From Candidatus Bathyarchaeota archaeon (GTDB lineage Archaea > Thermoproteota > Bathyarchaeia > Bathyarchaeales > Bathycorpusculaceae), in NCBI GenBank assembly GCA_963702095.1, contig OY969706.1, positions 2,080,001-2,144,000 on the forward strand: a DNA stretch of 64,000 nucleotides, in the 5' to 3' direction. Under the pieces are notes generated by a model. The model was given only the letters and a program-made list of their open reading frames with translations, was not told where the DNA came from and ran no database searches. A program made the translations under genes and the position numbers. Shown here in pieces: positions 1-9,848 of the stretch (positions are counted from its first letter, which is position 1; each line of letters begins with the position of its first letter).

Positions 1-1645
1 GTGTGCCATGGGTGCCGACGTGCATAATGACGTTTGCGCCGAAGACGTCGCGTATCCAGCGGTAGTAGGCGTGGTAATGGTAGGGCATGGCTATGTCGGG
101 GCTATGGTAGATGTTTACGGACTCCTCCATAAAGCCGCGCGGAGGCTGCATTCCGATGAAAACATTGCCGTTGATTAAACCTGCAACCACCAATTTGTCG
201 TTATAACAGAAGATTTTACCAGGCCGCTTTCCCCAGTCCTCCTCCATCTTGGCTGCGATGTCGGGGGCTAAATCTTCAAACCACAACTCATACTGTGAAA
301 GCGAAATTTTGTCCAGTGCACGTTCGTAGAGTTCCTGTGGACTTGCCCATCTTCTATCGTTAGTTAAGCCTGCAATGATTGTGTCCATGAGTTTCTGGCT
401 GCTTTCCGGCAACTCGCCCAGCGTGTAGCCTTGCTGCTTTAAGCCCTCAAGAATGTTCATCACTGAAGCGGAAGAATCTAAGCCGAAAGCATGACCAATC
501 GTGTCGTTTCTTGGGGGGTAATTGTGGAAGATAATTGCTACCTTCTTCTCTTTGTTGGGTAGCCGACCAAGTTTTCCCCAGTTAATGGCGAGGCGAACCG
601 CTTTTTGGGTGCGTTCCTCTATGGCTTCATACTTGATTAGCCGTGTTCCAGTGGATGGGTTGATTTGGCAATAGTCCATGGCGGCAACTGGCACCGTTAT
701 GAGGGCGCCGTCGAATTCTGGCATTGCAACGTTAGCTGGAATGTCCATTATGTTGAGGCCTTGTTGTGTGTCGCGCCATTCCTCGTAGGTGTTGCAGGTT
801 AAAATGGCTTTTATAATCGGGACATTGAGTTTTCTGAGTATGCCTGATGCGTCGATGCCTGAGAGGCATGTGGAAAACGAGAAAGAAAACATGCTCAAAA
901 CCACGTCAACGAGTGGTTTGCCGTTTTTTAGGAAGTAGTTGTCTATTATCCATTCAAGCCCGTTTATGCCCAGTTTGGGGTTTTTTGATCCGCTGAAGAA
1001 CACTGGAAGTACATTGGCGCCTTGCGCTTCGATTTCACGGATTGCAATGTCGATGAAGCCTGTGTTGCCGCCGATCCAGTGGCTCTGATGGAACCATAAC
1101 CCAACAGTCACGCGGTTGTGCAGCAGCTTCTTTTCTGTGTACTCCTCCAGAGTAGGGAGATGGTCGAAGTCAGGGTGGTAGATGCCTTCCCAAAGCGGCT
1201 TTGTAGGAGGTTCAACGGTGAAGTTGGCGCCAGCAAAGCGGCTGAGCAAATAGTAGAAGAGGTTTTCAAAGTTTTTTACGCCGCCATAGTTGAGGTAAAA
1301 GTAGATTTGCTGTTTATCCTCGGCCGGCACCGTTGTATATTTTGTTTGTTTATTGCCTCCAAAGAAAGGCGCGGCAACCATTAGCGGCACTTTAGCGGTT
1401 TTTAGGGCTTCAACTAACTTGTCGAATTCTGGGAGGTCACCCATCAAATGTACGATGACTATGTGGGCTTTTTGGGAGAAACGGATAAAATCGTCCAGTG
1501 TACCGAAGTCTCGGAAGTCGCCGCCAGTACGCAGACACAGCTCAACGGAGTCGGGATTTTTCTGGTTTAGCAGTTTAGCTGCTGCTATGGCGGGGGTCGC
1601 ATCAGTGGGGATTGTTGTTGCTAATGCTACTTTTAGTTTGGACAT
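1..1645 (-). CDS. cobN: Cobaltochelatase CobN-family subunit, N-terminal part (runs off window start)
   Basis: Not in ORF track. Manual translation from ATG at 1645 gives MSKLKVALATT...YLNYGG..N..N..WEGIYHP...ANVAMPEFDG...IIFHNYPPRND.IG.A.GLDS...QPPRGF...YH.PD...P.HY.AYY.W...F.A..IMHVGTHG, which are typical CobN/Mg-chelatase H motifs. Confidence 0.93.
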   Translation of the reverse strand, partial: MSKLKVALATTIPTDATPAIAAAKLLNQKNPDSVELCLRTGGDFRDFGTLDDFIRFSQKAHIVIVHLMGDLPEFDKLVEALKTAKVPLMVAAPFFGGNKQTKYTTVPAEDKQQIYFYLNYGGVKNFENLFYYLLSRFAGANFTVEPPTKPLWEGIYHPDFDHLPTLEEYTEKKLLHNRVTVGLWFHQSHWIGGNTGFIDIAIREIEAQGANVLPVFFSGSKNPKLGINGLEWIIDNYFLKNGKPLVDVVLSMFSFSFSTCLSGIDASGILRKLNVPIIKAILTCNTYEEWRDTQQGLNIMDIPANVAMPEFDGALITVPVAAMDYCQINPSTGTRLIKYEAIEERTQKAVRLAINWGKLGRLPNKEKKVAIIFHNYPPRNDTIGHAFGLDSSASVMNILEGLKQQGYTLGELPESSQKLMDTIIAGLTNDRRWASPQELYERALDKISLSQYELWFEDLAPDIAAKMEEDWGKRPGKIFCYNDKLVVAGLINGNVFIGMQPPRGFMEESVNIYHSPDIAMPYHYHAYYRWIRDVFGANVIMHVGTHGT

Positions 1646-2484
1646 GCTTTTAGCTCCTTGGAGTCTTTAGATTTATTTTCGAAGAACAGGTGTATTCTTG
1701 AGGAATACTCGTTAGCTTCGTTCACTATCGGCGTAATTTGGGGTTTACCGACAATGGAGAGGGAAACATCTGCCTTGATTCCGTAGACAGCCTCGATATT
1801 TTGGGCCGTAATCACTTCTTCAGGGCTTCCCACCGCGTAAATACAGCCGCGTTTAAGCATAAGCAGCCGATCAGAAAAACGACTGGCTAAATTCAAGTCA
1901 TGCATACTGAGAATAATGGAGCGTTCTTTGCTTTGCGCTAAACCCTTCAGCAAACAGAGAATCTCAAGCTGATGTTTAATGTCAAGTGAACTTGTGGGTT
2001 CATCAAGAAGCAGAAGCTGCGGCTGCTGTGCTAGAGCACGAGCGATGATAACTTTTTGTTGCTCGCCGCCGCTGAGTTCAGTGAAATGGCGCATGGCAAG
2101 GTGGTCAATTCCTAAGAACTGCAGCATTTGAGCGACGATTTCGTTGTCACGTTCGCCGATGCTCCAGTGTATGTAGGGTTTTCTGCCCATCATTACGATG
2201 TCGAATACTGTGAAGGGGAAGGTGCTGGTTGAGCTTTGGGGGACATAACCCATTAGTTTGGATAATTCTTTGAGGTTGAGTTTGCTGGTGTCTTGGTCGT
2301 CAACGAGGATAGTGTTCTGTTTTGTTTTTAAAATGCGGTTAATGCATTTTAGCAGGGTGCTTTTGCCTGAACCGTTAGGGCCAATAATGGTTACTAACTC
2401 GCCCAGTCCAACGCTTAAATCGACGTCTTTTAGGACCTCAACTCCAGCGTAACTGAAGGATAGATCATTTATTGTCAGTTTCAA
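1633..2484 (-). CDS. Type II ABC importer ATPase (BtuD/FecE family)
   Basis: Walker A GPNGSGKS, LSGGEQQ signature, LLLLDEPT Walker B, MHDLNLA. Overlaps the cobN start. Confidence 0.95.
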   Translation of the reverse strand: MKLTINDLSFSYAGVEVLKDVDLSVGLGELVTIIGPNGSGKSTLLKCINRILKTKQNTILVDDQDTSKLNLKELSKLMGYVPQSSTSTFPFTVFDIVMMGRKPYIHWSIGERDNEIVAQMLQFLGIDHLAMRHFTELSGGEQQKVIIARALAQQPQLLLLDEPTSSLDIKHQLEILCLLKGLAQSKERSIILSMHDLNLASRFSDRLLMLKRGCIYAVGSPEEVITAQNIEAVYGIKADVSLSIVGKPQITPIVNEANEYSSRIHLFFENKSKDSKELKACPN

Positions 2485-3554
2485 CCGAAACTTCGCCGCC
2501 GTTTGCTTATTAGTAGATAAACGAAGAATGGAACACCTATTAGAGCAGTAACGATGCCCACGGGAAGTTCTGTCGGCATAATTATTAGGCGGCCTACTGT
2601 GTCGGCGCCAAGAAGCATAAGTGAACCCATAAGGATGCTGCAGGGGATGAGGTAGCGGTGGTCGTTGCCGATGAGCATCCTAGCGATGTGGGGAGCAATT
2701 AAATCTACAAAACCGATGATTCCAGTAAACGCTATTATGCTTGCAGTTGCGACGGTTTCCAAAATCATGTTTGTAGCCAAAACACGTTTGGAGTTCACAC
2801 CTAGGCTTACGGCGACGTCTTCGCCCATGCTCATGATGTTGATGTTCCACGATTGAAACATCATAAGAACCATTGCGATGCCGACAATTGGCAGGCAGAT
2901 TAGGATGCTGTCCCAAGTTGCCGTGTAGAGCCCGCCCATGAGCCAAAAGACAATAGCTTGCACAGCGTTCTGTTGAGGAGAAATATATTGTATCAGTGAA
3001 AGGAGCGCTGAAAACAGGAAGCCGACGGCTACCCCCGCCAAAATCACGGTTTCTGAACTCATCCCCCTTATGCGCGCGATTGTATATACGATTATCATTG
3101 CTATCAGGCAGAATACGAAGGCGTTACCGATTACCAGGTATCCGCCTAGGGTGGCGACGCTTATTCCAAAGACTATAGCTAAGGCAGCGCCGAAACCTGC
3201 AGCTGAAGAAATGCCCAGTACATAAGAGGAAACAAGTGGGTTCCGCAGAATTCCCTGCATGGCGGCACCTGCGGCGGCAAGACCTGCGCCAGCTATTATT
3301 GCCATGACAATTCTTGGCAGTCGTATGGTCCAAATTATGGTTTGGTCAAGGGATGACCCGGGGTTAATATGTAGGAAAGGGAAAGTTTTTGAGATGATAA
3401 CGTTTATTGCTTCACCGAGACCAGGGGAAGCAGCGCCTAAACTCAGTGAAACAATAGCGGTTAATACTAAAGCTAAAAAGATGGAGAGTATGACAAGAAT
3501 TTTTTTCTTCTTGCCTTTACTGTAGAGTTTCTTTATTTCAGCGGTTGTTGTCAT
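2481..3554 (-). CDS. Type II ABC importer permease (BtuC/FecCD family)
   Basis: IRLPRI..A..AGA.LA..GA.MQ.ILRNPL, GEDVA.SLGVN, ELPVGIVTALIG.PFF motifs. Confidence 0.95.
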   Translation of the reverse strand: MTTTAEIKKLYSKGKKKKILVILSIFLALVLTAIVSLSLGAASPGLGEAINVIISKTFPFLHINPGSSLDQTIIWTIRLPRIVMAIIAGAGLAAAGAAMQGILRNPLVSSYVLGISSAAGFGAALAIVFGISVATLGGYLVIGNAFVFCLIAMIIVYTIARIRGMSSETVILAGVAVGFLFSALLSLIQYISPQQNAVQAIVFWLMGGLYTATWDSILICLPIVGIAMVLMMFQSWNINIMSMGEDVAVSLGVNSKRVLATNMILETVATASIIAFTGIIGFVDLIAPHIARMLIGNDHRYLIPCSILMGSLMLLGADTVGRLIIMPTELPVGIVTALIGVPFFVYLLISKRRRSFG

Positions 3555-4777
3555 GGATACGCAAACGTCCCTGCGATGGCTGTTCCGAAAAACTTTTGAT
3601 TAAGTTCCTGGCTTACTGTACCTGGGTCTATGTCTGAGAAGAGGCTTGGCTGGAGCCATTTCGCCCAGTAAAGGTATCCGACTACCGAGCGGACACCGTT
3701 AATGGCGTAAAAGTCGCAGATATAGACCCTATCATACTTGACAGCATCAGTACCTTGTGTTGAAACACGGTTCATTACTGAATTTTTCGCAGCTATGAAA
3801 TCATTGATGTTGAAAGTTTGGCTGTTAAACAGTTCGATAATTACAGAAGGGTTCGCTTCGACTATGAATTCGGGGCTTATAAATGGCGAGTAAGCTGACT
3901 CGTTTTCAGCAATGTTAATTCCTCCAGCTTGGTATACAGTTTGAGTGACGAAGGTGCGGTAATTGTTGTCGTACCATTCAAGGAAGACTTTGACTTGTTG
4001 ACCAGGTTCTAAGGAGTATATTCGGTCTTTGACGATTTTATTGTAGTTCTGCGCCCAAGTGATATATTCAGTTGCTTCTTGTTGGTGACCTATAATTTTT
4101 GTGAAGTTTTGCATTAAGTCACATGTCAAGTCAACTCTTGTGGGTAAAGCGTATAGTTCATCTTTGGTCATTTCAGATGGATTGGTCGGTTCAGGAGTTG
4201 TTGAGTCAACAATAAAGACGGGTATGCCCGCGTCAATGAGTTGTTGATAGGCTGTGGGGTTGTATGGCAGCATTGAACTGGCAAATATTACATCAGGGTC
4301 TTTTTCTATAAGGGTCTCAACGTTAGGGGCGTAATCGTTTTCTCCGACTGAGGTTACGTTTGAAAGTGAAGGCGGCATTGTGCAACTGTCGCATCTTGCA
4401 ACAATCATGTTTTGGGCACCCATGGCACATAAAATCTCAGAAATGCCTCCGTCGAGGGCTGCAACAGTGTGCACTGGAAGAGGAATAGTCATGGTGTTTC
4501 CTGCGTTATCAGTAACTGTGACGCTTGTAGGGGCTGGTGTGGGACTTGTAGTTGGCTGTGACGTAGCTGTTGAGGTAGCCGTTGGGTGAGGAGTGGATGT
4601 AGATGTGCCTGTTGGGCTTGTGGTAGGAGCAGAAGTGGGTGCTTGAGTGGGGTTTGCTGTTGGAGTTGGAGTCGGCGACGGGGTGTTTGCGAAGTAAACG
4701 GTGTATGCGCCATAAGCTGACGCAGACAAAATTACTGCAACAAGGACGAGGGTGATAACAGTGTAAGTTTTATTCAT
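3551..4777 (-). CDS. Membrane-anchored substrate-binding protein (BtuF/FecB class III), Pro/Thr linker
   Basis: N-terminal TM, PT-rich linker, VTVTD..G..., SEILCAMGA, PNVE.LI..DPDV, AGGINIA, ISPE.I...NP, AVK..RVY. Confidence 0.9.
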   Translation of the reverse strand: MNKTYTVITLVLVAVILSASAYGAYTVYFANTPSPTPTPTANPTQAPTSAPTTSPTGTSTSTPHPTATSTATSQPTTSPTPAPTSVTVTDNAGNTMTIPLPVHTVAALDGGISEILCAMGAQNMIVARCDSCTMPPSLSNVTSVGENDYAPNVETLIEKDPDVIFASSMLPYNPTAYQQLIDAGIPVFIVDSTTPEPTNPSEMTKDELYALPTRVDLTCDLMQNFTKIIGHQQEATEYITWAQNYNKIVKDRIYSLEPGQQVKVFLEWYDNNYRTFVTQTVYQAGGINIAENESAYSPFISPEFIVEANPSVIIELFNSQTFNINDFIAAKNSVMNRVSTQGTDAVKYDRVYICDFYAINGVRSVVGYLYWAKWLQPSLFSDIDPGTVSQELNQKFFGTAIAGTFAYP

Positions 4778-4791
4778 TTTTTCACCTCCCC

Positions 4792-6786
4792 TTAATTGTT
4801 AATAGGTATCCCGGAGGGATCGTGAAACAGTTTAGTTCTAACAGCTGAAGCAATAGGTGCCGCGCTTAATTCCTCTAAACGCAGATACTTACCGCGCATC
4901 GCATCAGAAATCTGCTTAACCAAACCAAAAGTGATGAAGCCGCGTTCAGTGTCTATAGCGATTGATTGTATGTTTTTAGAAGCTATTTCACAAGCGAGAC
5001 GTTTTGCCTCTTCCACTGGGTCGCCGCCGTATAGGTTAACGTTTGCACGCCCGTCAGAAACCAACACTAAAAGAGGAATGTCATCAGTCCGCAGGCTATA
5101 CTCGACAGCATCCATACCGAGTTTTAATCCATGAGCCAATGGGGTTCGACCGCCCGTGGGTAGTTTAGCTAAATATTTCTGCGCTAACTCAACACTGTTG
5201 GTGGGAGGCAACACCAGCTCCGCTGAGTTCTTGCGGAACACCACCATGCCTACGCGGTCCCGCCGCTGATAAGCATCCAGCAAAAGAGAAAGAACCGCGC
5301 CTTTGGTGGCGCTCATCCGTTCCTCAGCCGCCATAGAACCGCTGGCGTCAACAACAAACATGATTAAGTTGCCCATCTTGGTTTCCCTGACTTTTTCACG
5401 TAAATCGCAGTTTTCAATCAAAAGGGCTGTCGGCTGGGCGCTGGCTGATTCTTTTCGGCGTTTCTGGAAGGGGGCCGCCGCACGTAGGGTTGCGTCAAAC
5501 GCTAAATCGGTGACTTTGCCTTTGGGAATCATGCTGGCTACATAGTGGCCTCTTTTAGAATCGGTAAGTGTTTTTGACCTTCGTCCCGAACCATGCCGCT
5601 CAACATCGTCGAGGACACATGCGGATAAGGGTTTTACGGTGTAGGGTTTGTCAGCTTGGAAAACCTGTTCTTTTGCATGTTCCTCTTGCTTATTGGATTC
5701 GTTGGGATTTTGGGAACTGTCGTTTTCTTGTGGTTTTGGTTGCTTGTTCTGGTTCCATTTCTGTATGCTCTCCTTAACTTGCTGTTGCTCCATTTCGGGT
5801 TCTTCGAAAGGCTGGCGGCGTTGGCGATGTGGAAGCACCAGTTCGGCGGCTTCTTTTATGTTGTCTTCGGTGACTTCTGTGCGTCCATTATAGGCGGCTA
5901 TGGTGCAAGCAGTTTTATACATTGTAATGTCTGCTCGGTGACCGTCCACGCCAAAGTCAATACAAATCTGAATTATAAGATCAAGTAAGTCTGCACTTAG
6001 TATTACCTTGGGTAAAAGTGCGGTTGCAGAGAGAATTCTTTGGCGCAGCATTTCTTGGTTATCAAACTGGGCAGCAATGAAGGAAGCGAAGTTGCTTTCA
6101 AAAGCAATACGTCGGCGAACTATTTCGGCTCTGGCTTCCCGGTAGGGTATACCTTTAACCTCCACGGAGAGGGCAAAGCGGTCTAATAATTGAGGCCGCA
6201 GTTCGCCTTCCTCAGGATTCATAGTTCCAATCAAAACAAATTGGGAGGGATGGCAAAAAGATACGCCTTCGCGTTCAACAAAGTTTACGCCCATTGCCGC
6301 CGCGTCAAGAAGTACATCGACTAAGTGGTCATCGAGCAAGTTTACTTCGTCAATATAGAGGATGTTGCGGTTGGCTTGAGCTAGGATGCCGGGATCAAAA
6401 TGTTTCTCGCCTGTTTTGATGGCTTTCTCGATGTCGATTGTGCCTACCAATCGGTCTTCTGTGGCGCCGACGGGCAACTCAACAACGGAAACAGAACGTT
6501 TGGTTACTGGGAGTTTTTCGCCGTTTGCATGTTTTGCGGCACAGGCTTCGCAGAGGGCTTTGAGGTTTTTTGGGTCACAGCGGAAGGGGCAATTGGTTAC
6601 GGTTTCGACTTCGGGCAGTAGGTTTGCTAGTGCGCGTACGGTTAGGGATTTGCCGGTTCCTTTTTCGCCTCGGAGAAGGACGCCGCCGATTTTTGGGTTG
6701 ATTACGTTCAGGATTAGGGCGAGTTTCATCTTTTCTTGGCCGACGATGGCGCTGAAGGGGTAGACGATTTTGTTTTGGCTCTGCAT
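4792..6786 (-). CDS. Chelatase ATPase ChlI/ChlD-like fusion (AAA+, linker, VWA)
   Basis: [10 protein letters not shown], Walker [37 protein letters not shown]-rich linker, [22 protein letters not shown]. Start placed at ATG 6786. Confidence 0.93.
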   Translation of the reverse strand: MQSQNKIVYPFSAIVGQEKMKLALILNVINPKIGGVLLRGEKGTGKSLTVRALANLLPEVETVTNCPFRCDPKNLKALCEACAAKHANGEKLPVTKRSVSVVELPVGATEDRLVGTIDIEKAIKTGEKHFDPGILAQANRNILYIDEVNLLDDHLVDVLLDAAAMGVNFVEREGVSFCHPSQFVLIGTMNPEEGELRPQLLDRFALSVEVKGIPYREARAEIVRRRIAFESNFASFIAAQFDNQEMLRQRILSATALLPKVILSADLLDLIIQICIDFGVDGHRADITMYKTACTIAAYNGRTEVTEDNIKEAAELVLPHRQRRQPFEEPEMEQQQVKESIQKWNQNKQPKPQENDSSQNPNESNKQEEHAKEQVFQADKPYTVKPLSACVLDDVERHGSGRRSKTLTDSKRGHYVASMIPKGKVTDLAFDATLRAAAPFQKRRKESASAQPTALLIENCDLREKVRETKMGNLIMFVVDASGSMAAEERMSATKGAVLSLLLDAYQRRDRVGMVVFRKNSAELVLPPTNSVELAQKYLAKLPTGGRTPLAHGLKLGMDAVEYSLRTDDIPLLVLVSDGRANVNLYGGDPVEEAKRLACEIASKNIQSIAIDTERGFITFGLVKQISDAMRGKYLRLEELSAAPIASAVRTKLFHDPSGIPINN

Positions 6787-6840
6787 TGCGAACTTCTCCA
6801 CGGTTGGATGGATTAGCCAATACAACATATAAACTCTTGC

Positions 6841-6879
6841 TTAACACAAGTTAATAGTAAGTTGATTAACTCAGGTTGA
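6841..6879. promoter_or_regulatory. Tandem TTAAC-N4-GTT(A/G)A palindromes upstream of the chelatase operon
   Basis: ttaacacaagttaa (6841-6854) and ttaactcaggttga (6866-6879). Similar motifs recur at 9819-9844. Confidence 0.55.
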
Positions 6880-7028
6880 CCATAACCCAACAACAATACA
6901 AACCCAAACAAAACACCATACAAAACCGAACTAAAACAGATCGACAACTAAAAAAACAAACCCAAACCTAATCAATGAACCCATCCACAACAACACCTTC
7001 AAAAAAGCTTCAGCAGCACACACACATA

Positions 7029-7879
7029 CTAAGCGTCTTTTGTGTTGCCGCCGACCATCTCAACGATCTCTTTTCTGGCTTCGCCAATAGTCAGCGGATA
7101 GGGTTTATCGGGCATAAGCTGGTGGTGCTTGCTTAAAATCTCAAAGAGATGCGTGATTCTTGGCAACCTCAAATCCATGCTCCGCAAAGTGTCCGCTTGA
7201 GAGAACACCTCTTGCGGTTTACCATCCAAAACGATTTGCCCCTTGTTTAGTATGCAGATTTGGTCTGCGAAAAGCGGCACCAAGTCCACATCATGAGTAG
7301 CTATAATGAGGGTTAATCCCAATTCTTTGTTGAGTTGCTGGAGCAAAGCCAATATTTTGCTTGATGTGCGGGGGTCAAGATTAGCCATAGGCTCGTCTAA
7401 AACTATGATTTCGGGCTTCATGGCTAACACGCCAGCTAAGGCGGCGCGTTTTTTCTGTCCAGTGCTAAGGTTTTGGGGAGGCTTATTCTCTAGTTCCATT
7501 ATTTCTGTGGCTTCAAGCGCCCATTTTACCCGTTCTTGAACTTCCGTTTTCGGTAAACCCAAGTTAATGGGCCCAAAAGCAACGTCTTGGCCGACTGTGC
7601 GTGCAAAGAGTTGGTCGTCGGGGTCTTGGAATACTAAGCCAACTTTTTGGCGCACCCAATCAAGGTTTGAAGCGGTGACTTCTTTTTCGAGAACCATGAC
7701 TTTTCCTGAAGTTGGCATGTTTAAGCCGTTGAAATGGTGGAGCAACGTTGATTTGCCTGCGCCGTTTGGCCCAGGATTGCCATGTTTTCGCCTTTTTCAA
7801 CGCTGAAGTTGAGGTCGTTGAGGGCTTTTGTGCCGTCATGGTAAGTATAAGTTAAATTGACTGTTTCGATTGCTTTCAA
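7029..7879 (-). CDS. cbiO: ECF transporter ATPase CbiO (frameshift near 7770)
   Basis: Two overlapping ORFs join into one CbiO: LGPNGAGKST broken by an indel, then VFQDPDDQLF, LSTGQKKR, DEP.ANLD, THDVD. Confidence 0.88.
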
Positions 7880-7898
7880 ACAGGTTACCTTTCTTGTT

Positions 7899-8681
7899 TT
7901 AGATGACGAATGCGTCGAGTAGGACAACGCTTATACTAGCAGCAACAACTAATAAACCTACAAATACATCGAGCCGCGGTATCTTTCTGTTTTCATAAGT
8001 AAAAAGCGTGTATTTTCCAGTGTATCCTCTGGAAACCATGGCGTTGCCGACTTTAACTGCTCTGTCAAACGACCGTAGCAGCAGGGACCCTGCTATGTTG
8101 CCGTAATTAGCTATTTTGCCTAAATAGCTGACTTTGCCTGAGTGCCCGCATCTTGACTGCTGAGCACGGTACATGCGTGTGCTCTCGTCTGAGAGTATGC
8201 CGATATAACGGAACATCAAAAGCATTGTGTCAATTATTACTGACGGTACTCGGAACCAAGATAGGGAATCCATGACTGTTGTGATGGGTGTAACGAGGAT
8301 AAGCAGGTTTAGAACTGAAACCGCCGATATGCAGCGGGTGAACACGAGGACTCCGAAGTAGACGCCGTCTGAGTATAGGGGGATGTTTATGCCGGGAACT
8401 GTTGTAAGCACTACTGAGCCATAGGTAAAGGGCATGATTATTGCTACAAAAGCAACAAAGGTGATTGGGATAAGAAGTCTTTTACAGTAAACTGTCAAAG
8501 ATGCACGTGAATAGATTACCAGTCCGAAGCAAACGGCAAAGAAAAACAAAGGAACATACCAGTGCTGCAAGAAAACAATGCAGAATACCGACACTATGGC
8601 GCTGATTACTTTTATTCGAGCGTCTAACCTATGCAATGGAGAATTTCCTTCAGTGTACTCTTCGAGGTTTATTACGCGCAT
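7899..8681 (-). CDS. cbiQ: ECF transmembrane component CbiQ
   Basis: SPLHRLDARIK, LMFRYI, AQQSR.G, AMVSRGY motifs. Lies within the cbi operon. Confidence 0.92.
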   Translation of the reverse strand: MRVINLEEYTEGNSPLHRLDARIKVISAIVSVFCIVFLQHWYVPLFFFAVCFGLVIYSRASLTVYCKRLLIPITFVAFVAIIMPFTYGSVVLTTVPGINIPLYSDGVYFGVLVFTRCISAVSVLNLLILVTPITTVMDSLSWFRVPSVIIDTMLLMFRYIGILSDESTRMYRAQQSRCGHSGKVSYLGKIANYGNIAGSLLLRSFDRAVKVGNAMVSRGYTGKYTLFTYENRKIPRLDVFVGLLVVAASISVVLLDAFVI

Positions 8682-8818
8682 CAAATCTTAAACGGGTCCG
8701 TTTTTCTTATTCGCTTTAGTTTTCTAAGTTTCAGGTTTCTTCCGATGATGAGGAAAACGAAAAAACCAACGGTTGTTAGTATACCAACAAGTGGGTCACC
8801 CAATAGCCATTCCAGCAT
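8681..8818 (-). CDS. Unannotated 45-aa single-TM microprotein inside the cbi operon
   Basis: MLEWLLGDPLVGILTTVGFFVFLIIGRNLKLRKLKRIRKTDPFKI. TAATG overlap with the cbiN stop and TGATG overlap with the cbiQ start. Confidence 0.75.
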   Translation of the reverse strand: MLEWLLGDPLVGILTTVGFFVFLIIGRNLKLRKLKRIRKTDPFKI

Positions 8819-9120
8819 TAGTTTACCCTCCCTGAAGTTGTACTCTTGTTAAATACTGAAGGCATTATGTATCCAACGATGAATCCGCCGACTGCACCAG
8901 CTATGAAGAATGCAACGTATTCGCCCTCTTCGCCGAATGCTTCAATGGTAAAGGGTGAATAGGTTGTGCCTCCTCCCCCTAGGTCGTTCACTATGTCATC
9001 TGTTGCCGCGTTGCCGCCCACAGCATAGCCGACATAGGCGCCTACAATCATGACGGCTACAATCACAACCATGGTTATTAGGGCGTATTTTGTAAACTTA
9101 TCCATATCTTTTACCACCAA
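8818..9120 (-). CDS. cbiN: CbiN-like small membrane component
   Basis: Two TMs around an acidic loop (ATDD..., EGEY.AFF.AGA.GGF.VGY). Lies between cbiM and cbiQ. Confidence 0.8.
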   Translation of the reverse strand: MVVKDMDKFTKYALITMVVIVAVMIVGAYVGYAVGGNAATDDIVNDLGGGGTTYSPFTIEAFGEEGEYVAFFIAGAVGGFIVGYIMPSVFNKSTTSGRVN

Positions 9121-9761
9121 CCTCCATATTTCAATAATTCAGGTCTATGATTTGCCACATACTGCACCGCCGCGGCGCTAAACCCGAATTCCAACACTGC
9201 CAAAGGAATCTGAGTTGGCAAATATCCAAGGGTGAATATTCCCCACCACTCAAAAAAGCTTGTAGGATGCAAGGAAAGCGCCATCTGGAATGCTGCCGCA
9301 ACATAAGTCATCAAATCACCGATCAACGCGCCTACACCTGCTGAGAGCCAGATTGATGCACCTGCCTTTCTCAAGCCGCGCCAAACAGCATATCCGGTGA
9401 ATGTTCCAACGATACCCATGGATATAGTGTTTGCGCCTATGGTGGTTATGCCTCCGTGGCCGATGAATGTTTGGAAGAATATTGCAATTGCAGAGATTAC
9501 GACCGTTGGAAAAGGCCCAATTATCATTGCGGCCATAGGACTTCCTGCTGGGTGTGAACATGACCCTGTAACTGGGACGGGGATGTGCCAGACTGAAATC
9601 ACAAAAACAGCTGCACCTAAAAGGCCCACTATTGACATGTAAGCGGGGTTTAGTTTGCGTCGTTTGTTTATTTGTGCTGCACCGATTGCTACAAAGATTC
9701 CTGCTACTATGAACCAAGCTATACACCATTGTGGGGTGAGGATTCCGTCGGATATGTGCAT
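9111..9761 (-). CDS. cbiM: Cobalt ECF S component CbiM
   Basis: Metal-binding N-terminus MHISDG, GSCSHP.G, HGGITT.GAN, PTQIPLA (CbiM-type). Confidence 0.9.
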   Translation of the reverse strand: MHISDGILTPQWCIAWFIVAGIFVAIGAAQINKRRKLNPAYMSIVGLLGAAVFVISVWHIPVPVTGSCSHPAGSPMAAMIIGPFPTVVISAIAIFFQTFIGHGGITTIGANTISMGIVGTFTGYAVWRGLRKAGASIWLSAGVGALIGDLMTYVAAAFQMALSLHPTSFFEWWGIFTLGYLPTQIPLAVLEFGFSAAAVQYVANHRPELLKYGGWW

Positions 9762-9818
9762 ATTTTTTTTCCTCTCTCTTGGATGGTATATCCAACCCGA
9801 AAACTTATAAACATTCGT

Positions 9819-9844
9819 TTAACTTAAGTTTAACATCAGGTTGA
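9819..9844. promoter_or_regulatory. TTAAC...GTT palindromes in the divergent cbiM/regulator promoter
   Basis: ttaacttaagttta (9819-9832) and ttaacatcaggttga (9830-9844), just before the regulator ATG. Confidence 0.5.
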
Positions 9845-9848
9845 ATTA

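Noticed and set aside
6890-7028. Extremely A/C-rich spacer between cbiO and chlD read as an RNA gene
   Set aside because: No pairing potential. Consistent with a U/G-rich terminator region on the minus strand.
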